Below, piece after piece: positions 1-8,180 of a stretch of 48,279 nt of DNA. The first letter of the stretch is position 1; each line of letters starts with the position of its first letter. The translations under genes were made by a program, and so were the position numbers. The DNA is from a virus. Location: positions 1 to 48,279 of the IMG/VR virus record IMGVR_UViG_3300017446_000001. The stretch is one strand, 5' to 3'. Under the pieces are notes generated by a model. The model worked only from the letters and a program-made list of their open reading frames with translations, did no database searches and was not told where the DNA came from.

Positions 1-123
1 CCTGGAACCCGCCGATCATGAAGCCCATCGCCGTCCAGCCGTATGCCTTGCCGCTGGGCCGCACGTCGCGATTGCCCGTGAACGGATCGCGCGCAAAGCC
101 GAAGCAGACGCCCTGCGGGTCCA
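1..123. repeat. Terminal direct duplication, copy 1 (identical to 48157-48279). Most simply the overlap of a circular or circularly permuted assembly.
   Basis: The string cctggaacccgccgatcatgaagccc...cagacgccctgcgggtcca is present at both window ends. It lies inside an open reading frame that continues across the junction. Confidence 0.95.
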
Positions 124-2419
124 GGGGCTCGAAGGCGCGGTCGTCGATCCACACCTGCGTCTTAAGCCGAACAGACGGATCGAACCGGATGTTCTGGCCG
201 GACTTGATCAGCGTGCGGTTGATGTTGCTGACACCGCCGAAGAACAGATCGCCAGAACTGCGACGATCCTCCTGCGAGTGGATAATCACATCCCAGCCAT
301 AGATGCGCACCTGCGGCGTGCCGGTAGCCGCGCCGACGTAGGGCAGATCAATGTCTGCTGTGATGTCCGTGCACGCCGTCACCACCAGCCCCGCGCCGTT
401 GTAGGCCGACTGCGCGCCCAGCACGTCCAGGCGCAAGGTGTCCGTGAAGCGGGTGATCATGTTGGTGGTTCCCGTGGCAGTCGGCGTCGGCCCGAACTGC
501 ACAAGGAACGTAGTGGTGCTGGGCACCGCGATGACCTCGCAGATACCCTGGATGGCGCCTGCGTTCACTCGAACATCCTGGCCCACCACGTAGCCGTGCG
601 GCGTGGCAGTCGTAACGGTCTGGAAGCTGCCGGTCTGCCCCAGCACGGTGATGGGACCGCTGAACGAAACGGTCACTTCTTCACCATTCCGCGTCAAGCC
701 AGCCGGCGCGAAAAGGCGCAACCGAGTGGTGTCCCGCGCCGCCGCGGAGTAGCCGTGAGTGCCGGTGCCCGAGTTCACAGACGCCACGACAAGATCACGC
801 ATCGCGGTCGACGTGGATGCCGTGACCGGGCCAGCAAGAAGGTTCTGGCCCGCCGCGGCCAGCGAGTTCATCGTCGTCGAGCCCGAGCCATCAAACTGCA
901 TCCGAAGGTTGGCCACGTCCCGCCCGTTGGCAAAGGCCAGCCGGTTGCCTGCATTCGCCAAGCCGGTAACGCTGACGACGCTGCCGAACGTCAGCCGCGC
1001 CTTGCCCTGGCCGTTGTCGGTGATCGACGTGATGGGAAAGAACTCGTAGTCCGCAATCGTCGCAGTGAGTTGGTTAAAGTAGCACTCGAACACGCCTTCG
1101 TTCTGCCGGCCGTGGATGATGAGCGGCGTCTTGCTGCCCCGCAGGCCAACTTGGTTCATCTTCACCTCGCCGCACTGGCGCATGAAGATGTGGTAGTCTG
1201 CCGTGTTGGATATCGCGGAAATGTCCACGTTGCTGATGTTCAATTCGCCAGCGTTCACCAAGTCCATGCCGCGAATGCAGCGCTCGATGGTGCTGTCCGT
1301 GATGTAGCCTCGCGCCGCCGCGTTGACTTCCATGGCCAGGAACTTGTCGCGGATGTGCAGGTTCTTGACGCGGCCAAGCGAGGTGTTGTCGCGCAGCCGC
1401 ACCGCGGGCAGCGGCTGCGCCGCCAGCGTCTTGGCCCGCGTGTCCAGCAGGAAAAGGCCGTCGAGGCTGGTCCGGTTTGCTGCAACCTCGAACGACACGC
1501 CGTTCAGCGCTGACAGCTTGCCCGTGCCCAGCACCGACGCATTGGCCGACGACAGGATCAGGTTGAGCCCCAGCGCGGTCATCAAGTTGGGCGGGAAGGT
1601 GAATTCGGGCATGTCGCCGCCGAACTCGTACTGGTCGCCAGGATTGCCGCCCTTCGACAGCATGTAGGCCCACGCAGCTGCGATTGCGGTGGTCTGATCG
1701 CCACCACCCCCGCCGCGTGCTCCTGCGTCGTAGGGGTTCAGCCTGCCCATCGGCAGGTAGCGAACCCACCGGCCTGCATCCGTGGTAGCCAGGGAGTTGG
1801 GCTTGAAGCAGTCAATGCCGTTGTCGGTCGCGGTGCTGGTGCTGTCCCAGCGGATCAGCATCTCGTACTCCTGGCCGGTGGTGTGCCGGCGCAACCGCAC
1901 CAGTGCGTCTGGCATGCGCGCCGCCACGGTCGCCGTCAGTGCGCGCAGCGCGGCGACATCCACCGCCGTGGTGAACTTGCGGTCGATGGCGCCCTGCACG
2001 TCCTGCATGGTGCCGTATGCAAGGGTGCTGGTGTTGGCGCCGAGCGCCGTGGTCGCCAGCAGGGCGCCCAGCATGGTGTCGCCACCCTTCTTGACGGCCA
2101 CCTCGTCCACCCGCGCAACAGCCGCCTGCTGGCCCGCGTTAGTGCCGGCATCCGTCGCCGCCTGGATCACATCCTGCCCAGCCTGCATGGTGCCGGTCAG
2201 GTAGTGAACGCCGTTGCGCACGGTGCCCACCCGGCGGGTCGCCAGCCGGACTGTGCGCCCCGCCGCGTCCACAATGACAATACCGTCATCGACCGCATCG
2301 GGGATCGACGCCGCATCGACCGTAGCGAGGTTGAAGGACATGCCGCCCTGCGTGGGCGCCGCCGATATGGTGGCCGTCTGGCCATTCGCCTGGCGATACT
2401 TGATGCCGGAACCGGACAT
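1..2419 (-). CDS. Tailspike/tail fiber with pectate-lyase-like beta-helix. This is the 5' part of a wrap-around gene that continues 48156->47849 (908 aa in total).
   Basis: ATG at 2419-2417 is preceded by gcAGGAGAcaccacc. Manual translation gives MSGSGIKYRQANGQTATISAAPTQGGMSFNLATVDAAS...VKKGGDTMLGALLATTALG...GQEYEMLIRWDSTSTATDNGIDCFKP...LNPYDAGARGGGGGDQTTAIAAAWAYM. The frame stays open to base 1 and is in phase with the 47849..48220 ORF. It is absent from the ORF track because it runs off the window edge. Confidence 0.8.
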   Translation of the reverse strand, partial: MSGSGIKYRQANGQTATISAAPTQGGMSFNLATVDAASIPDAVDDGIVIVDAAGRTVRLATRRVGTVRNGVHYLTGTMQAGQDVIQAATDAGTNAGQQAAVARVDEVAVKKGGDTMLGALLATTALGANTSTLAYGTMQDVQGAIDRKFTTAVDVAALRALTATVAARMPDALVRLRRHTTGQEYEMLIRWDSTSTATDNGIDCFKPNSLATTDAGRWVRYLPMGRLNPYDAGARGGGGGDQTTAIAAAWAYMLSKGGNPGDQYEFGGDMPEFTFPPNLMTALGLNLILSSANASVLGTGKLSALNGVSFEVAANRTSLDGLFLLDTRAKTLAAQPLPAVRLRDNTSLGRVKNLHIRDKFLAMEVNAAARGYITDSTIERCIRGMDLVNAGELNISNVDISAISNTADYHIFMRQCGEVKMNQVGLRGSKTPLIIHGRQNEGVFECYFNQLTATIADYEFFPITSITDNGQGKARLTFGSVVSVTGLANAGNRLAFANGRDVANLRMQFDGSGSTTMNSLAAAGQNLLAGPVTASTSTAMRDLVVASVNSGTGTHGYSAAARDTTRLRLFAPAGLTRNGEEVTVSFSGPITVLGQTGSFQTVTTATPHGYVVGQDVRVNAGAIQGICEVIAVPSTTTFLVQFGPTPTATGTTNMITRFTDTLRLDVLGAQSAYNGAGLVVTACTDITADIDLPYVGAATGTPQVRIYGWDVIIHSQEDRRSSGDLFFGGVSNINRTLIKSGQNIRFDPSVRLKTQVWIDDRAFEPLDPQGVCFGFARDPFTGNRDVRPSGKAYGWTAMGFMIGGFQ

Positions 2420-2440
2420 GGTGGTGTCTCCTGCTCGATA

Positions 2441-2476
2441 AGAAAAAGGCCGCTGGGCGGATGTCCAGCGGCCTTT
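2441..2476 (-). terminator. Rho-independent terminator or attenuator after the head gene block
   Basis: On the minus strand the stem AAAGGCCGCTGG / CCAGCGGCCTTT (2445-2456 / 2465-2476) has an 8-nt loop and is followed by TTTTTCT. It sits between the stop at 2500 and the next RBS and ATG at 2419, leaving no room for a new promoter. Confidence 0.75.
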
Positions 2477-2499
2477 CTACGTCAATTCCCGCGGCGCTG

Positions 2500-3084
2500 C
2501 TACGCCGTGGTGCGGGCCTTACCGCCGGGCCGGCTGGCCGGCGTCTGCTTCTCGGGCTCGGTGGTGCGCTGCGGCGAGGTGTCACTGGCCACCTTGGGGG
2601 CCACCTCGTCGGTCGCGGCCGGCTGCACCGCCTCGGGCGGCGGCACCTGCGGGGCCGGGGCGGGCGGCGGTGCCGGCGGCGGCGGGGCGGGCGGCGGGGT
2701 CGGCTCGACCGGGCGCTGCTCGGGCAGGCCGTGGCTGCGCTGCGCCTTCATGGCCGCCTCCATCATCGCGGCGCCCATCTCGGGCAGCACCAGCCGCAAC
2801 GCCCCGGCGATGATGTCAGCCACCTGGCGCACCTGGCGCGACGTGGTGTCCTCGGCTTCCAGCGGCGAGTTGTTGTGCACGCTGCCGGTGCCCGACGTGC
2901 CGGCCAGCGACTTGGCCAACTGACCATCGGCGTCCATCGCCTCCATGTGCCCGCCGGGCTTGCCGTCGAAAATGATCTCGGTGCCCACCGGCAACATCTC
3001 GTCACCCGCGCCCGGAACGCGCGGCATGTAGGCTTCTTCGGTCAGTCGGTACGTGGCGCGGGGCCAGGTGATCTGTTCGGACAT
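2500..3084 (-). CDS. Hypothetical head-module protein with a Pro/Ala-rich C-terminal half
   Basis: The 194-aa ORF (MSEQITWPRATYRLTEEAYMPRVPGAGDEML...) has the RBS gcAGGAGcgcacgca before its ATG. It contains the low-complexity run PTPPPAPPPPAPPPAPAPQVPPPE. Confidence 0.75.
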   Translation of the reverse strand: MSEQITWPRATYRLTEEAYMPRVPGAGDEMLPVGTEIIFDGKPGGHMEAMDADGQLAKSLAGTSGTGSVHNNSPLEAEDTTSRQVRQVADIIAGALRLVLPEMGAAMMEAAMKAQRSHGLPEQRPVEPTPPPAPPPPAPPPAPAPQVPPPEAVQPAATDEVAPKVASDTSPQRTTEPEKQTPASRPGGKARTTA

Positions 3085-3141
3085 TGCGTGCGCTCCTGCT
3101 CGCGGTTGGGTAGCGAACGGGGCGTCACCGCCCCGCCCAGG

Positions 3142-3603
3142 TCAGATGTTGGTGTTGGACAGCGCGCTGCGCGGATACGCCTGGTTCTCGTCGTTCCCCA
3201 GGTTCATGTACGCCTGCAGCGCGCCGGCCGTGAAGTTACCGCCGGCCACGGTGTAGGTCAGCCGGTGATAGCGAGGAATGGGCGAGCCGGGCGGGCGGCT
3301 CGGCCAGTCCATCGACATCAGGAACGGCTGCCCGCCGACCGTGCGGCTGTTCAGCGTGGCCGCGTTCATGGCCGGCGAAAGCGCCTGCGTGATCCACGTC
3401 GTGTTGTCGGCGCTGCTTTCCAGCGCGACCTGCAGCGTGCCGGCGCCCACGAAGGCGCCGTTGGTGGTGGCGAACACGTTCAGGCGCTCGCCCTGGCCGA
3501 GCCCGATGGGGCCGCCCGTGTCGATGGTGTTGGTGGACGGGCGAGTGGCGGTCACGGCAACGAAGCCGGGTCCGTCGAACATCAGGGTGCTGTCAAGCAG
3601 CAT
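3142..3603 (-). CDS. Small virion protein directly downstream of the capsid gene (possible decoration or cement protein)
   Basis: The internal ATG at 3603 has the RBS tAGGAGAcacccc. Translation is MLLDSTLMFDGPGFVAVTATRPSTNTIDTGGPIGLGQGERLNVF... (153 aa). The upstream 151 codons of the listed 304-aa ORF are Arg/His-rich and overlap the capsid gene, so they are not called. Function is inferred from position only. Confidence 0.75.
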   Translation of the reverse strand: MLLDSTLMFDGPGFVAVTATRPSTNTIDTGGPIGLGQGERLNVFATTNGAFVGAGTLQVALESSADNTTWITQALSPAMNAATLNSRTVGGQPFLMSMDWPSRPPGSPIPRYHRLTYTVAGGNFTAGALQAYMNLGNDENQAYPRSALSNTNI

Positions 3604-3648
3604 GGGGTGTCTCCTATGCGCACGCGGCGCGATGAAGGCCAGCAGGAA

Positions 3649-3668
3649 GGGCGGGCCGAAGCCCGCCC
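3649..3668 (-). promoter_or_regulatory. Stable UUCG-tetraloop hairpin just 3' of the capsid gene (possible attenuator or mRNA stabiliser)
   Basis: The minus strand reads GGGCGGGC-TTCG-GCCCGCCC followed by TTCCTGCT, starting 4 nt after the capsid stop codon. Confidence 0.5.
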
Positions 3669-3671
3669 CGA

Positions 3672-4709
3672 TCAGACGACGCGGGCTTCGGTGGACAGAA
3701 GCTGATCGACGGTACGGATCGGCACGCCGCGGAACATCGTCACCGGGCGGCCGTCCCACTCGCTGTAGGTCAGCTGCGTCTTGGGGCCGTTCATCGCCAT
3801 CTTGTCCAGCGCCGTCGCGATGTCGCGGTTGACGTAGATGGCAAACTTCGTGGCGCCGAGCACGCCGGCCGGGCGGGTGGCCGCCTGGACGTTGCTCATG
3901 TTGCGAGGCGCCGTGGGCACCTTGCGCATGGCAGTGATCAGCATGCCGACGAGGTTGGCGGCGTTCACCGTGTTCAGCTGCGTCACGTCGATGTTGGCGA
4001 TGCGAACGATGTAGCGCCAGTCGCGGACGCACAGCCCCATCTCCCACTTGAACCACGAACGGTACGCCCGGAACGGCTTGCCGTTCGCGTCGTTGACCGT
4101 TTCTTCACCGATGTCGGTGTGGTTCAGACCGGCCTTCTTGCCCTTGGGGAACATACCGAACACCGTGTTCGGACCCCAGCCCACCAGCCAGATGCTGGTG
4201 TTGGTGCTGCCCGTGCCGCCGGCGTCGATGATGTTCTGGCCCGTGGCGGCGCCGGTCAGCGAACTGTACCGCGGCGTCAGCCCCATGATCTGCGCAGGGG
4301 TGTTGATGCTGTTGGAGTACAGGAACGCCGCCTGCGCCTGCTGCGTCAGGCCCTCGAAGAATGCCGCGTCCTCCTGCAGCCGGAACTCGGCGGTGTTGCC
4401 GTTCAGGTCCGCCAAGTCCTTGTCGATCGTCGAGAAGCCTTCGAGATTGCCGGTCTTGTCGGTGATCTGCGCAGTCAGGCTCTTGGACGGCTCGATGCCC
4501 TGGTAGAGCATGCGCCAGGTGCCGGACGGCAGGCCGGTGCGGACGGTCGTGCGGTGGCCATCCGACTGATTTCCTTCGGTCCAGATCATGTCGTCCATCA
4601 TCTCGTTGGTCTGCGAGAGAAGGTCGATGACCGTGGCCGTGGTGCCGTCCGGGTCCAGACGCTTTGCCCAATCGGCCAGCGTCAGGAATTGAGAAGAAAG
4701 GATCGCCAT
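3672..4709 (-). CDS. Major capsid protein (HK97-fold type)
   Basis: The 345-aa ORF is MAILSSQFLTLADWAKRLDPDGTTATVIDLLSQTNEMMDDMIWTEGN...FKWEMGLCVRDWRYIVRIANIDV. It lies after the scaffold and portal genes, has an AGGAG RBS, and its composition is typical of podoviral coat proteins. Confidence 0.85.
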   Translation of the reverse strand: MAILSSQFLTLADWAKRLDPDGTTATVIDLLSQTNEMMDDMIWTEGNQSDGHRTTVRTGLPSGTWRMLYQGIEPSKSLTAQITDKTGNLEGFSTIDKDLADLNGNTAEFRLQEDAAFFEGLTQQAQAAFLYSNSINTPAQIMGLTPRYSSLTGAATGQNIIDAGGTGSTNTSIWLVGWGPNTVFGMFPKGKKAGLNHTDIGEETVNDANGKPFRAYRSWFKWEMGLCVRDWRYIVRIANIDVTQLNTVNAANLVGMLITAMRKVPTAPRNMSNVQAATRPAGVLGATKFAIYVNRDIATALDKMAMNGPKTQLTYSEWDGRPVTMFRGVPIRTVDQLLSTEARVV

Positions 4710-4739
4710 GTGGTGTGTGCTCCTGCCCGACCGTTCGGG

Positions 4740-5468
4740 TTAGCGGGTGTTGGGGTACATGCGCTTGGCGACGCTTTCGCCATCCGCATTCGGCGGGGTG
4801 CCCGTGACCGGGGGCGCCTCGGACAACCGGGACGCCATGCCGTAGATCACGCGCAGGACGGCCGGGTGGTTGCCGGCGCCGGTCAGTTCCAGCGCCTGCA
4901 ACGCACTCGTCACCATCTCGGCCGGCAGGCCAAGGGTGTTGATGGCGGTTTTCACGACGCCCATGTTGGCCGTCAGTTTGGCCGGGTCGCCGCCAGCCAG
5001 CACCGGATCGGCCAGCGCCTCGGCCTGCCACGTCTCGTTCATCTGCTTGTAGGCGACGGCGCCCGCGTTCATGCGCTCGGCCATCTTGGGACCGAGCGCC
5101 TGGATCACGGCGTTCACGCTGTCGTTGTCCATGCCGCCCTTGGCGGCACCGTCGAGGAACGCCACCACCAGATCGTCCTCGGCGGTGATGCCTTCCGGCA
5201 GCCCTTCCAGCTTGTAGTCCTCGGGCTTGATGGGCTCGGGGGCCGGATCGGCAGGCTTCGCCGGGTCCACAGGCGGATCGGCAGGCTTCGCCGGGTCCAC
5301 GGGCGGATCGACCGGCGGATCAGCCGGCGGGTCGGCGTTCAGCAGGCTGGAACCGGCCGCGCCCTCGACGACCGGCGCCGCGGGTGCCGGATCGACGGCA
5401 GGTGCCGGATCGGCACCCGCGGGGGCGCCCTCACCCTGGTAAACGATCCGGTCGCGGAAGCGGTTCAT
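4740..5468 (-). CDS. Scaffolding protein
   Basis: It lies between portal and capsid. It has a Pro/Asp/Ala-rich repeat N-terminus and a helical C-terminus (...AYKQMNETWQAEALADPVLAGGDPAKLTANMGVVKTAINTLGLPAEMV...). The ATG at 5468 with AAGG 8 nt upstream is preferred over the GTG at 5477. Confidence 0.7.
   Translation of the reverse strand: MNRFRDRIVYQGEGAPAGADPAPAVDPAPAAPVVEGAAGSSLLNADPPADPPVDPPVDPAKPADPPVDPAKPADPAPEPIKPEDYKLEGLPEGITAEDDLVVAFLDGAAKGGMDNDSVNAVIQALGPKMAERMNAGAVAYKQMNETWQAEALADPVLAGGDPAKLTANMGVVKTAINTLGLPAEMVTSALQALELTGAGNHPAVLRVIYGMASRLSEAPPVTGTPPNADGESVAKRMYPNTR
5241..5300. repeat. Tandem 30-bp repeat (2 copies plus a degenerate third to about 5330) inside the scaffold gene
   Basis: ggccggatcggcaggcttcgccgggtccac is followed by aggcggatcggcaggcttcgccgggtccac. 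It encodes the duplicated peptide PPVDPAKPAD. Confidence 0.9.
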
Positions 5469-5482
5469 CGTGAACACCTTGT

Positions 5483-5830
5483 TCAGTTGCGCGGTAGGTT
5501 CTCTGCGAGCATGATGATATATTGATCCCGGTCTGCCTGCAACGCCCGCGTCTGCAGGTCCAGGCCCACCTGACGCGCGCCCTCACGGAACAGGGTGTAC
5601 CCGTCCGCCATCGCCAGGTTCGTCAGCGGCAGGTGCATCCCGCACAAATTGAACAGGATGTCATAGAACTGCCGGCGGCCGGCGGCGGTCGCCAGCAGCG
5701 CCTTGTACCACATGTCGCGCTCTACCTGCGCCTTCTGTTCCGCCGTCAGCCGCTTCTTGCGCTGCCTGCCCGCCTCGTCGCTGTCCACGCCGGACGGCAG
5801 TTCCGGGGCTTCCACCTCGTCATCAGCCAC
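5483..5830 (-). CDS. Hypothetical head-module protein
   Basis: The 115-aa ORF is (GTG)ADDEVEAPELPSGVDSDEAGRQRKKRLTAEQKAQVERDMWYKALLATAAGRRQFYDILFNLCGMHLPL... It overlaps the upstream gene by 8 nt and its composition looks coding. Confidence 0.7.
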   Translation of the reverse strand: MADDEVEAPELPSGVDSDEAGRQRKKRLTAEQKAQVERDMWYKALLATAAGRRQFYDILFNLCGMHLPLTNLAMADGYTLFREGARQVGLDLQTRALQADRDQYIIMLAENLPRN

Positions 5831-6050
5831 GGCCGGCGCCCCCGGAGAACATCGGCTTCGCCAGGGCCTGCGTGCCGGGCTGCTGCTTCGGCGGCACCTT
5901 CTCGACCGTGACGCCGTGGGGCAGGCGGCTGGTGGCCAGCGCCCGGCTAGCGTCGTCGGCGGTGTGGTAGTGCAGGGCCTGCTGGGGGTCGGCCACCCAG
6001 CCGGTCAGCGAGTGGCCGCGGCCGGCAACATCGCGCAGGTAGTAGGGCAT
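5823..6050 (-). CDS. Hypothetical small protein downstream of portal
   Basis: The ATG at 6050 overlaps the portal stop (TGATG) and GGAGGA lies 5 nt upstream. Translation is MPYYLRDVAGRGHSLTGWVADPQQALHYHTADDASRALATSRL... Confidence 0.6.
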   Translation of the reverse strand: MPYYLRDVAGRGHSLTGWVADPQQALHYHTADDASRALATSRLPHGVTVEKVPPKQQPGTQALAKPMFSGGAGRG

Positions 6051-7765
6051 CACGGTCCTCCGTTGAGCATCATGGACAGTGCGTTCTGGCCGCCGCCCAC
6101 GTCGGTTTCAGACAGCACCTTGCCGGCGCCCACAGCCTCGGCGCCAACCTGCATCTGCGCCTGCTGCTGCGCCTGCTGGTTGCGGCCGTCGCGGATCGCT
6201 TTCAGCTTCATGGCCGCCACCAGCAGCTTCGGCGGGACGCGAAGGATTTCCACCATCTCGTCAATGGCCGCGTCCGTGTCGATCTTGTCGAGCACTTCCG
6301 GCCGGGCTGCCGCCACGGTGCCGGCGAAGCCCAGCAAGCGCTCGATGGCTGTGGCCGCCGACGCGCGCTGCAGATCGGCCAACGGCGAGATGTACTCGAT
6401 CTTGACCGGGCGCCCCTGCATCACGTCGGGCGGGGGCGGCAGCAGGCCCTGCCGAGACATGATCTTGTAGATGCGCGCGATGTCAGGGGTCAGCCCTTCC
6501 TGCTGGTTGCGGTCCAGCACCGGCCCCAGCAAGACCAGCTTTTCCTCGCGGCGGGCGTCAATCTCCGTGGCGCTGCGAACGGTTTGCAACTGGCTGATCA
6601 TCATGAACAGGTCGTTGAAGAACGTGGAGCGGATGCGCGCCTCGACCTTCTCGATGTCCTGCTTCAACTCGCCAATCGGCATCTGCACCTGATAGGCGGG
6701 CTTGAACCCAGCGCCGCCGTCCAGGCGCGCGACGTAGGTGATGGCACCGGGCAGCAGCGATGCGGGCTCGTTCTTCATGTTGGCGTCCGCCACCATGGGC
6801 GGGTCCACCATCTTGTCCAGCGCCTGCGCCTTGCGCTTTTCCTCCTGCTGCAACTGCTTGATGTCGCCCAGGGCGTCCATCGCGGGGCTGCGGCCGTAGG
6901 CGTCATTGCCCTGCACGTCCCAACGGGGGCAGGAGAAGGGCTTGTCATGGAAGCCACCGATGCGCAGCGCGGTGTCCGTCTCGCCGTCGATCCACAGCAC
7001 CTCGCGGTACTTGAACGACCGAGACAGGCCGAACTTGCCGGCCCACAGCGGCGCGCTGCTGTAGTCCTTGTTGGGCTCGATCAGGTGGTACACCGAGTAG
7101 CTGTCGTCGAGGACAGCCGGCGATGCCGCGTTGTCGAGCCGCTGGCGCACGTTGGGCGGCAGGTTTTCCTTGCCGAACTCGGCCGCCAGCTGCTGCAGCG
7201 TCATGTTGAACTTGCGGCCCAACGTACCAACCGCGAAGTTCTGGTCGGCCGCGCAGTAGTATTCTCCCGCGGCCGGGACGAAGAACCGGACGACCGCTTC
7301 GGGATCTTCGTAGATGATCATCGGCGCCGTGCCAAACACCACCAGATCGAGGTATTGCGTCGCCTTGGCGGTGTAGTAGCCGCTGCCCGACATGACGCGC
7401 AGCATGCGCTTCGTCACCTCGTCGGCCCAGGTCTGCACGTCGGTGTCGCCCTGCAAGTCCGGGTCGTTCACGGTCAGCCGGAACCACGGACGGCTGGGGC
7501 TCGACACGCCGGACATGATGCCGCTGGCGCAGTTGCGCGCCGCGTCGGTGCCGGTGCTGTTGATGATCTTGCCGTTGATCGCGCTGCCCTTGGACGACTT
7601 CTTGGTGTCGGCGCCCGTCAGGAAGGTGTGCCGCCGCGGCAGGATGTACTCGGCCAACTGCACCCAATGCTGCCACCACGACAGGCGCTCGGTGTGCAGC
7701 GAGCCCATCCGGGCCTGCAGCCCTCGCAGCAGTTCCTCCACCTGTACGCCTGTGTGCTGGGCCAT
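6050..7765 (-). CDS. Portal (head-to-tail connector) protein, T7 gp8-like
   Basis: The 571-aa ORF is MAQHTGVQVEELLRGLQARMGSLHTERLSWWQHWVQLAEYILPRRHTFL...SPSRPWFRLTV... It has the length and N-terminal pattern of podoviral connectors and an AAGGGGAG RBS. Confidence 0.85.
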   Translation of the reverse strand: MAQHTGVQVEELLRGLQARMGSLHTERLSWWQHWVQLAEYILPRRHTFLTGADTKKSSKGSAINGKIINSTGTDAARNCASGIMSGVSSPSRPWFRLTVNDPDLQGDTDVQTWADEVTKRMLRVMSGSGYYTAKATQYLDLVVFGTAPMIIYEDPEAVVRFFVPAAGEYYCAADQNFAVGTLGRKFNMTLQQLAAEFGKENLPPNVRQRLDNAASPAVLDDSYSVYHLIEPNKDYSSAPLWAGKFGLSRSFKYREVLWIDGETDTALRIGGFHDKPFSCPRWDVQGNDAYGRSPAMDALGDIKQLQQEEKRKAQALDKMVDPPMVADANMKNEPASLLPGAITYVARLDGGAGFKPAYQVQMPIGELKQDIEKVEARIRSTFFNDLFMMISQLQTVRSATEIDARREEKLVLLGPVLDRNQQEGLTPDIARIYKIMSRQGLLPPPPDVMQGRPVKIEYISPLADLQRASAATAIERLLGFAGTVAAARPEVLDKIDTDAAIDEMVEILRVPPKLLVAAMKLKAIRDGRNQQAQQQAQMQVGAEAVGAGKVLSETDVGGGQNALSMMLNGGP

Positions 7766-7778
7766 CGTCGTGCTCCCC

Positions 7779-8030
7779 TTAGACGCCCAGCAGGGCCTTG
7801 CCCTTGCCGCCTGACGTGTTCTGCTGCACCAGCCCCTGGCCGCTCGTCAGCACGGTGCCGCCGAACCCGAGCCCCGACGCCATGGCGGAACCGCCCTTGG
7901 CCGTCTCGCCGCGCTGGGCGGTCGGGCTCTGCTGCGCGGTCGGCGCCACGTAGGCGGCGTCACGCGACGCGGCCGTGATGCTTTCCGGCGTTTCCTGGGG
8001 AACATAGACCGTCTTGGGGGCGCCACCCAT
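7779..8030 (-). CDS. Small low-complexity virion protein, T7 gp7.3-like by position and C-terminal pattern
   Basis: The ATG at 8030 follows AGGA at 9 nt. Translation is MGGAPKTVYVPQETPESITAASRDAAYVAP...GGTVLTSGQGLVQQNTSGGKGKALLGV. It lies immediately upstream of the portal. The listed TTG start at 8084 falls in the promoter/terminator region and is rejected. Confidence 0.6.
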   Translation of the reverse strand: MGGAPKTVYVPQETPESITAASRDAAYVAPTAQQSPTAQRGETAKGGSAMASGLGFGGTVLTSGQGLVQQNTSGGKGKALLGV

Positions 8031-8096
8031 TGTCGCACATCCTGCTAAGATTGGTGGCAAGTCACTTACCACGCTTATTGTCAAGCAGGATAGTGC

Positions 8097-8131
8097 ATAA
8101 AAGAAGCCCCCAGCACGGGGGTGCTGGGGGC
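8097..8131 (-). terminator. Rho-independent terminator after the terminase large subunit gene
   Basis: The minus strand reads GCCCCCAGCA-CCCCCG-TGCTGGGGGC (8106-8131) followed by TTCTTTTAT. A TTGACA hexamer lies just downstream at 8084-8079. Confidence 0.8.
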
Positions 8132-8180
8132 TAGTCTAGGGAGGAAACGTCCTGGCATGGCCGGGTGGCCGAGACGGACC

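Noticed and set aside
7779-8084. The listed 101-aa form of the pre-portal ORF, whose N-terminus MTISVVSDLPPILAGC looks like a lipoprotein signal with an LAGC lipobox.
   Set aside because: The start is a TTG that is part of a TTGACA hexamer sitting directly after the terL terminator. The supposed signal peptide has no basic n-region, and a good AGGA-9 nt-ATG start exists at 8030. The lipobox is most likely fortuitous.
8056-8084. A promoter for the head operon using the TTGACA at 8084-8079.
   Set aside because: No acceptable -10 hexamer lies at 16-18 nt (the candidates are CTTGCC, ACTTGC and TTGCCA). It is mentioned only as context for the terminator.
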